Shown: one piece after another, positions 33,488 to 40,474 of the stretch | Numbering within the stretch: position 1 is the first letter of the stretch | How the letters are laid out: each line of letters starts with the position of its first letter | Assembly (NCBI GenBank): GCA_041486265.1 | Contig: JBGPLF010000003.1 | Span: 1 to 40,474 of the forward strand | Length of the DNA: 40,474 nt | Source of the DNA: a bacterium | GTDB lineage: Bacteria; Sysuimicrobiota; Sysuimicrobiia; Sysuimicrobiales; Humicultoraceae | Direction: 5' to 3' | Notes under the pieces: generated by a model | Database searches by the model: none | What the model was told of the DNA's origin: nothing | What the model saw: only the letters and a program-made list of their open reading frames with translations | Made by a program: the position numbers and the translations under genes

Positions 33488-34678
33488 ATGATTGCCCCTC
33501 ACGGCGGCCGGCTCGTGAACCGGGTGCTCGACGGTGAAGCCCGGGAGGCATGGCTGGCCAGCGCTGCCGGCCTGCCGCAGATCCAGGTGGGCCTGGAGAC
33601 CGCCTTTGATCTTGAGAATTTGGCGACCGGCGTCTTCAGTCCCCTCGAAGGATTCATGACCCACGCCGATCTGGAGCACGTCCTGCATCGTAAGCGCCTC
33701 GCCAACGATCTGCCCTGGACCATCCCGATCGTCCTTGACGTCGCCAGAGAGGACCTGGCGCGCGCGGGGTCGGGTGAAACCATCGTGCTCACCCACGGCG
33801 GCAGGCCGCTCGCGCTGCTGCATCTCGCCGAGGTCTATCAGCTGGACCGTGCAGAGTTCGCCGGCGCGGTTTTCGGCACTCTGGACGAGCGGCACCCCGG
33901 GGTGGCGCGTGTCGCCGCAATGCACGACCTGTTGGTCGGCGGCCCGATCGAGCTGCTGTCTGCCGTCGCCGATCCGTTTGCCGCGTACCGCCTGGCCCCC
34001 GCCGAGACCCGTGTGCTGTTCCATCTCAAGGGTTGGCGTACCGTCGTGGGTTTCCAGACCCGCAACGTCCCCCACCTTGGCCACGAATATGTCCAAAAGA
34101 CGGCGCTCACCTTCGTCGACGGGATCTTCATCAATCCCGTCATCGGGCGCAAGAAGGCTGGAGATTTCAAGGATGAGGTCATCCTTGAGGCCTACGCAGC
34201 GCTCATGCGGCATTACTATCTGCGCGACCGTGCCGTGCTCGGGACCTTTCGGACCGAGATGCGCTACGCCGGGCCCCGCGAGGCGGTCTTCCACGCGATT
34301 GTCCGCAAGAACTTCGGGTGCACGCACTTCATCGTGGGGCGCGACCATGCCGGCGTGGGGAACTTCTACGGGCCCTACGACGCGCACGTCATCTTTGAGG
34401 AGTTTCCCGACCTGGGCATCGTCCCGCTGCTCTTTACGGCGTTCTTCTACTGCACCAAGTGCGGTAGCGTGGCTAACGAGAAGACCTGCCCGCATGGTCC
34501 CGCGCATCACCTGCAGTTCAGCGGCACCCGGTTTCGGAAAGCGTTGGAGGGCGGCGACCCCGACTCGGCCCGGCTCGTTCGCCCCGAGGTCGCGGAGGTC
34601 GTGGCCCGCCATCCTGGTCCGCTGGTGACCGACGGCGAGACCGTCGGCTCTCCGCTGCCGGCCGGGCCCAGAGGTTGA
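33488..34678 (+). CDS. sat: Sulfate adenylyltransferase (ATP sulfurylase)
   Basis: 'PHGGRL', 'FSPLEGFM', 'FQTRNVPHLGHE', 'MRYAGPREA' and 'VGRDHAGVG'. Confidence 0.96.
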   Translation: MIAPHGGRLVNRVLDGEAREAWLASAAGLPQIQVGLETAFDLENLATGVFSPLEGFMTHADLEHVLHRKRLANDLPWTIPIVLDVAREDLARAGSGETIVLTHGGRPLALLHLAEVYQLDRAEFAGAVFGTLDERHPGVARVAAMHDLLVGGPIELLSAVADPFAAYRLAPAETRVLFHLKGWRTVVGFQTRNVPHLGHEYVQKTALTFVDGIFINPVIGRKKAGDFKDEVILEAYAALMRHYYLRDRAVLGTFRTEMRYAGPREAVFHAIVRKNFGCTHFIVGRDHAGVGNFYGPYDAHVIFEEFPDLGIVPLLFTAFFYCTKCGSVANEKTCPHGPAHHLQFSGTRFRKALEGGDPDSARLVRPEVAEVVARHPGPLVTDGETVGSPLPAGPRG

Positions 34679-34685
34679 ACATCGC

Positions 34686-35228
34686 GTGATTCGTGAGGGA
34701 AGTGTCGTCTGGTTGACAGGGCTTCCCGCGTCGGGGAAGACGACGATCGCCAGGGCGCTCGAGTCCGAACTGCGCGGCCGGGGAATCCCCACCGAGGTGC
34801 TGGACGGTGACGAGATCCGCGCCGCCATGAGCCCGGAACTAGGTTTCAGCCAGGCCGACCGCGAACTGCACAACCGCCGGGTGATCTACCTGGCGAAGCT
34901 GCTCAGCCGGAACGGCGTGACAACGATCGTGGCCCTGATCTCGCCGTACCGCGCCGTCCGCGCCGTCGCGCGGCATGACCTGGGGCGCTTCGTCGAGGTG
35001 TGGGTCAAATGCTCCCTGGAAGAGTGCATCCGGCGCGATCCCAAGGGTCACTACAAGCGGGCCCTCGACGGCAAGCTCCCCCAGATGACCGGTGTACAGG
35101 CTCCCTACGAGCCGCCGGAGCACCCCGAGCTGATTCTGGACACCGAACAGTGGCCGCTCGAACGGTGCGTTGCGGAAGTCCGCCGCATCCTGGCCGAGCA
35201 TGGGTATCTTCCGGCGGCGAGGACCTGA
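34686..35228 (+). CDS. cysC: Adenylyl-sulfate kinase
   Basis: 'WLTGLPASGKTT', 'LDGDEIR', 'LGFS..DR', 'ISPY', 'RDPKG.Y' and 'TGV..PYEPP'. Confidence 0.96.
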   Translation: MIREGSVVWLTGLPASGKTTIARALESELRGRGIPTEVLDGDEIRAAMSPELGFSQADRELHNRRVIYLAKLLSRNGVTTIVALISPYRAVRAVARHDLGRFVEVWVKCSLEECIRRDPKGHYKRALDGKLPQMTGVQAPYEPPEHPELILDTEQWPLERCVAEVRRILAEHGYLPAART

Positions 35229-35320
35229 CCCCTGGCGATCCGAACTCCTCCCCCCGTGATGCCACCCGGCCTTAACCCCCTCGCCCACAATTAGGTATCC
35301 GCGTCCCCCCCTGGTGGGCA

Positions 35321-35356
35321 TTGACAACCGCAGAAACCCTGACAATACTATTGTTA
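35321..35356 (+). promoter_or_regulatory. Sigma70-type promoter of the heat-shock operon with an overlapping palindromic operator candidate
   Basis: Perfect TTGACA at 35321-35326. Possible -10 boxes are AATACT (17 nt spacer) or TACTAT (19 nt spacer). Near-perfect palindrome TGACAATA-C-TATTGTTA at 35340-35356, in an AT-rich patch. Confidence 0.65.
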
Positions 35357-35436
35357 CGTTTATTTGCAGGCACGGTGGTATGTCAAGCGACAAGACCAGT
35401 CGGGATGCCGCGACGGTTGTCATGACTCAGGGAGAC

Positions 35437-35766
35437 ATGAGGATGCGGGAGAGGATGAATGCCAGACCCGTGTACGTGATCAGTATCGCCGCCGAGATCA
35501 CGGGCCTGCACCCTCGCACCCTGCGGATCTACGAGGAGAAGGGGCTGTTGAGTCCGTCCCGGCGCAACCGGATCCGGCTCTACTCGGAGCGCGACATTGA
35601 ACGCGTCCGAATGATCCGGCAGCTCATCAACGCGTACCGGCTCAACTTGGCCGGCGTCCGGTTGATCCTGGCGGTGTACGAGCGGTTGCACGTGAGCCGT
35701 GATGACGACGCCATGCAGTGGTTAGTAGAGCGGATCATAGAACGAAAGGGAGGGAGTGTGCGATGA
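35437..35766 (+). CDS. hspR: MerR-family heat-shock regulator, HspR-like
   Basis: 'PVYVISIAAEITGLHPRTLRIYEEKGLLSPSR...RLYSERDI...NLAGV'. Heads the dnaK operon. Start among ATG 35437/35443/35455. Confidence 0.85.
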   Translation: MRMRERMNARPVYVISIAAEITGLHPRTLRIYEEKGLLSPSRRNRIRLYSERDIERVRMIRQLINAYRLNLAGVRLILAVYERLHVSRDDDAMQWLVERIIERKGGSVR

Positions 35767-35924
35767 GCGTTGTCCGCTGGGTGCCGTTTGATGAGATGAT
35801 GTCCATGCGGGAGTCCAGGGACCGGCTGTTCGAGGATTTCTTCAGCCGCAGACCCAGGACCACCGCGCCGCTCGTCTAGCAGCCCGCGGTCGAGATCTTC
35901 AAGGTTGAGGTTGACGGTCAGTAA
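35763..35924 (+). pseudogene. Hsp20/alpha-crystallin small heat-shock protein remnant
   Basis: Read by hand: [52 protein letters not shown]. It has an sHsp N-terminus, TAG at 35877 where Trp is expected, no crystallin core, and a C-terminal V-E-V (IXI-like) motif. Strong RBS and ATGA overlap with hspR. Confidence 0.82.
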
Positions 35925-35953
35925 GCAGGATTCAGGTCGAAGGGAGATCTTAC

Positions 35954-37873
35954 ATGGGCAAGGTTGTCGGTATCGATCTGGGCACCACCAACTCGGTCAT
36001 CGCCGTCGTGATCGGCGGCGAGCCGCAGGTGATCGCCAACACCGAGGGGAACCGGCTCACGCCGTCAGTGGTCGCGTTCACGAAGACCGGGGAGCGGCTG
36101 GTCGGGCAGATGGCCAAGCGGCAGGCCATCCTCAATCCGGAGAACACGGTGTCCTCGATCAAGCGCTTCATGGGCCGCCGCTACGGGGAGGTCGAGTCCG
36201 AGCGCAAGATCGTCCCGTACAAGGTTGAGGATGGATCGAACGGGATGGCCGTCGTCCGCATCCCCTCGGCCGGGAAGACCTTCACGCCCGAAGAGATCTC
36301 CAGCATGATTCTGCAAAAGCTGAAGACCGACGCGGAGGCCTACCTCGGCGAAAAGATCACCGAGGCGGTCATCACCGTGCCGGCCTACTTCAACGATGCG
36401 CAGCGGACCGCCACCAAGAACGCCGGCGAGATCGCCGGCCTGAAGGTGCTGCGGATCATCAACGAGCCGACCGCGTCGTGCCTGGCGTACGGTCTCGACA
36501 AGAAGGGCGCCGAGACGGTCCTGGTGTTCGACCTGGGCGGCGGCACGTTCGACGTCTCGATTCTCGAAATCGGCGAAGGGGTCTTCCAGGTGAAGGCGAC
36601 CAACGGTGACACGCACCTGGGCGGCGATGATTGGGACGAGCGGATCGTCAACTGGCTGGCCGACGAGTTCAGGAAGCAGCAGGGGATCGACCTCCGGCAG
36701 GACCGGCAGGCGCTGCAGCGGCTCCGTGAAGCGTCCGAGCGGGCGAAAGTCGAGCTCTCGACCGTCGTGCAGACGACCATCAACCTGCCGTTCATCACCG
36801 CCGACGCCACCGGCCCGAAGCACCTGGACTACGTGCTCACCCGGGCCAAGTTCGAGGAGCTGACCGCCGATCTGGTCGAGCGCTGCATCGGACCGTTCCG
36901 GCAGGCGTTGAACGACGCGAAGTTGGCCGAGAAGGATCTGAACGAGGTCATTCTCGTCGGCGGCGCGACCCGCATGCCGATGATCCAGGAACTGGTCCGC
37001 CGGCTGACCGGCAAGGAGCCCAACCGCGAGGTGCATCCAGATGAAGTTGTGGCAATCGGCGCCTCGATCCAGGCCGGCGTGCTCGCGGGCGAGGTGCGCG
37101 AGGTCGTGCTCCTCGACGTGACGCCGCTCACGCTCGGTGTCGAGACACTGGGCAGCGTGCTGACGCCGATGGTCCAGCGGAACACCACGATCCCCACCCG
37201 CAAGACCGAGCGGTATACGACCGCAGGCGACGGCCAGACACAGGTGGAGATCCACGTGCTGCAGGGCGAGCGGCCCATGGCGCGCGACAATCGGACGCTG
37301 GGCCGTTTCACCCTCGACGGCATCCCGCCGGCCCCGCGCGGCGTGCCGCAGATTGAGGTCACGTTTGACATCGACGCGAACGGCATCCTCCACGTGACCG
37401 CCAAGGATACGGCCACGAGCCGCGAGCAGTCGATCAAGATCACCGGCACCTCGACGCTCGACAAGACCGAGGTGGACCGGATGGTCAAAGATGCCGAGCA
37501 GTTCGCCGCCGATGACAAGTCGAAGCGCGAGACTGCCGAGACGCGCAACCGCGGCGATTCGCTCGCCTACCAGGTCGAGAAGCTGCTCAAGGATTACGGC
37601 GACAAAGTCTCGGCCGACGAGAAAAGCAAGGTCGAAGCCGCGCTCAAGGAACTGCGCGACGCCCTCAATGGCCAGGATACGGACCAGATCAAGCGCGCGG
37701 CCGACGCCGTGCAGCAGGCCTCGTACAAGCTCAGCGAAGAGATGTACAAGGCCACCGCGGGCGCGCCGGCAGGCGCCGCCGCGGGGTCGGCCCCCGGACC
37801 GGACGCGCCGCCCGGTGGGCAGCCCAAATCCGGCGACGACGTGATCGACGCCGAGTACAAACCGAGCACCTAG
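35954..37873 (+). CDS. dnaK: Chaperone DnaK (Hsp70)
   Basis: 'GIDLGTTNS', 'TVPAYFND', 'DLGGGTFD', 'LVGGATRMP', '[22 protein letters not shown]' and C-terminal 'DDVIDAEY'. Confidence 0.99.
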   Translation: MGKVVGIDLGTTNSVIAVVIGGEPQVIANTEGNRLTPSVVAFTKTGERLVGQMAKRQAILNPENTVSSIKRFMGRRYGEVESERKIVPYKVEDGSNGMAVVRIPSAGKTFTPEEISSMILQKLKTDAEAYLGEKITEAVITVPAYFNDAQRTATKNAGEIAGLKVLRIINEPTASCLAYGLDKKGAETVLVFDLGGGTFDVSILEIGEGVFQVKATNGDTHLGGDDWDERIVNWLADEFRKQQGIDLRQDRQALQRLREASERAKVELSTVVQTTINLPFITADATGPKHLDYVLTRAKFEELTADLVERCIGPFRQALNDAKLAEKDLNEVILVGGATRMPMIQELVRRLTGKEPNREVHPDEVVAIGASIQAGVLAGEVREVVLLDVTPLTLGVETLGSVLTPMVQRNTTIPTRKTERYTTAGDGQTQVEIHVLQGERPMARDNRTLGRFTLDGIPPAPRGVPQIEVTFDIDANGILHVTAKDTATSREQSIKITGTSTLDKTEVDRMVKDAEQFAADDKSKRETAETRNRGDSLAYQVEKLLKDYGDKVSADEKSKVEAALKELRDALNGQDTDQIKRAADAVQQASYKLSEEMYKATAGAPAGAAAGSAPGPDAPPGGQPKSGDDVIDAEYKPST

Positions 37874-37882
37874 GCGCCGACG

Positions 37883-38482
37883 ATGGACGAGCGGAGGGGA
37901 AACGGGGAAACCACCGGAGCTCCGGGGTCGGGACCGGAAGAATCGGACGCCCGCGCCGAGGCGCCCGGGGCTCGCGAGGGCACCGCGTCCGAGACCGCGG
38001 AGTCGCTGCGCGCCGAGGTGGTGCGCTTGACGCAGGAGGCCGAGCGCAACTGGCAGCAGTTCCTGCGGGCGGCGGCGGACCTGGAGAATTACCGCAAGCA
38101 GGCGATTCGCCAGCGCGAAGAAGCGGTCGCATCGACCCGGCGCACGATGCTGGGAGTCATCCTGGGGGTGGTGGACACCCTCGAGCGGGCGCTGCAGCAC
38201 ACCGACAACGGGATCGGGAACCAGGCCGGCGGGGGCGCCGCCGTGGCGATCGCCGATGGTATCCGGCTGGCCCACCGTCAGGTTCTCGACGTACTGCGGA
38301 CCATGGGTCTGCGGCCGATGGAAACGGTTGGACAACCGTTTGATCCGCGCGTGCACGAGGCCGTCGACGCGGTGGCTGCCACGGGTAGTACAGCGCCGGG
38401 CATCATCGTCGGCGAAGTCCAGCGGGGCTACCTGATCGGCGACGAAGTCCTCCGTCCGGCCAGGGTGCGGGTGGCCCAGTAG
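37883..38482 (+). CDS. grpE: Nucleotide exchange factor GrpE
   Basis: 'AADLENYRK', 'DTLERAL', 'FDPRVHEAV' and 'GYLIGDEVLRPARVRV'. Confidence 0.96.
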   Translation: MDERRGNGETTGAPGSGPEESDARAEAPGAREGTASETAESLRAEVVRLTQEAERNWQQFLRAAADLENYRKQAIRQREEAVASTRRTMLGVILGVVDTLERALQHTDNGIGNQAGGGAAVAIADGIRLAHRQVLDVLRTMGLRPMETVGQPFDPRVHEAVDAVAATGSTAPGIIVGEVQRGYLIGDEVLRPARVRVAQ

Positions 38483-39447
38483 TGGACTTCAAAGACTACT
38501 ATAAGATTCTCGGCATCGATCGAGCTGCCGACCAGAAGACGATCACCAAGACCTTTCGCCGGCTGGCCCGGGAGTCGCATCCGGACGTCAACAAGAAGAA
38601 AGGCGCCGAGGAGCGCTTCAAGGAGATCAACGAGGCCTACCAGGCGCTCGGCGATGCTGAGAAGCGCGCGAAGTACGACCAGATCTACGACGCATACAAG
38701 AGCGGTGGGGTGCCCTGGCAGGACCTGTTCGGCCGTACCACCGGCGGCCCGGGGGGCTGGAGCACGCCCGGTGGCGTGACGTTCGAAGTCGGCAACGCCG
38801 AGGATCTGGAACAGATCTTCGGCCGGCGCGGAACCGGCGGAGGGTTCAGCGACTTCTTCGAACAGTTGTTCGGCGGGCTCGGCGGAGCGGGCGGAATCGG
38901 GCGGACGCGCGCCGGGACCCGAACCCGCGAACAGCCGCGCCTGGAGTCGGTCATCGAGATCCCGCTCGAAGACGCGTACCACGGCGGCCAGCGGAAGATC
39001 GGCGTGCCCGAGATGGGCCGCAGTTTCGATGTCGAGATCCCGCGGGGCGTGCGGTCGGGCCAGACGATCCGTCTGGCCGGAGCCGCGGACGGGCTGGACC
39101 TATATCTGAAATTGCAGATCGCGCCGCACCGGCTCTTTGAGCGGACGGACGACGACCTGACGCTCGAGGTGCCGATCACGGTCAGCGAGGCTGCGCTTGG
39201 CGGCGAGATCGAGGTGCCGACGCTCGACGGCAAGATCACCATGACGGTACCGGCGGAAACCCAGACTGGACGCCGGTTCCGGCTCAAAGGGCTAGGGATG
39301 CCCCACGCGCGCGGCGGGGCCCGGGGTGACCTCTACGTGAAGGTAAAGGTCGTTGTGCCCACCGGGCTGACGACGCGCGAGCGCGAGCTGTTTGAGGAGT
39401 TGCGCAAGACACGGCACGACAATCCGCGGCACGGGCTGCTGCCGTAG
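38482..39447 (+). CDS. dnaJ: Class B DnaJ co-chaperone (no zinc finger; CbpA-like)
   Basis: 'KDYYKILG', HPD motif, G/F-rich linker with 'FSDFFEQLFG', C-terminal 'EAALGGEIEVPTLDG' and 'RLKGLGMP'. No CxxCxGxG repeats. Confidence 0.92.
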   Translation: MDFKDYYKILGIDRAADQKTITKTFRRLARESHPDVNKKKGAEERFKEINEAYQALGDAEKRAKYDQIYDAYKSGGVPWQDLFGRTTGGPGGWSTPGGVTFEVGNAEDLEQIFGRRGTGGGFSDFFEQLFGGLGGAGGIGRTRAGTRTREQPRLESVIEIPLEDAYHGGQRKIGVPEMGRSFDVEIPRGVRSGQTIRLAGAADGLDLYLKLQIAPHRLFERTDDDLTLEVPITVSEAALGGEIEVPTLDGKITMTVPAETQTGRRFRLKGLGMPHARGGARGDLYVKVKVVVPTGLTTRERELFEELRKTRHDNPRHGLLP

Positions 39448-39492
39448 CGGATTCGCAGACGCGGATTCAACGACAAGGGAGCGTACGGGACC

Positions 39493-40474
<982 letters not shown>

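Noticed and set aside
33092-34873. 593-aa minus-strand ORF opposite sat, and similar shadows (297-1811, 32095-33468, 10766-12013, 26147-27226)
   Set aside because: Each largely overlaps well-supported plus-strand genes and has no recognisable domain; stop codons are rare at this GC content.
36065-38356. 763-aa minus-strand ORF opposite dnaK/grpE
   Set aside because: Long antisense frames opposite high-GC, codon-biased genes, dnaK in particular, are a known by-product. It has no independent motifs.
39447-39468. GCGGATTC direct repeat between dnaJ and clpB
   Set aside because: Only two 8-mers, with no promoter context or other copies noticed.

Overview
High-GC bacterial window with no RNA genes, CRISPR arrays or mobile elements recognised. 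It has three blocks. (1) 1-29636: a single-strand, tightly coupled locus of about 27 genes for a Wzx/Wzy-type surface polysaccharide or glycoconjugate. It encodes two GT4s, a PglC-like priming transferase, a PglF/CapD-like dehydratase, a DegT aminotransferase, a Wzx flippase, a Wzy-like membrane protein and many tailoring enzymes. Its distal end holds a complete proline-to-pyrrolyl-carrier cassette: a PltE/RedW-like dehydrogenase, a PltF/RedM-like stand-alone adenylation enzyme (hand-extracted code DLLYIALVCK), a carrier protein and a PltA-like FAD halogenase. Next to the cassette are a pair of non-serine alpha/beta-hydrolases, an SGNH protein and a polytopic membrane protein, and there is no PKS/NRPS in the window. 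The lead hypothesis (inference) is a system that decorates a cell-surface glycan with a halogenated pyrrole-2-carbonyl group. (2) 29877-35228: a minus-strand beta-propeller-like protein, a cytoplasmic GAF-HisKA_3 kinase with a NarL-type regulator, and a small RHH-like gene followed by sat-cysC (PAPS synthesis). (3) 35321-40474: a heat-shock operon (hspR-like MerR gene, an unannotated hsp20 pseudogene, dnaK, grpE, class-B dnaJ, 5' part of clpB) behind a promoter carrying a non-HAIR palindrome. All family calls come from motif recognition by eye; no database searches were run.
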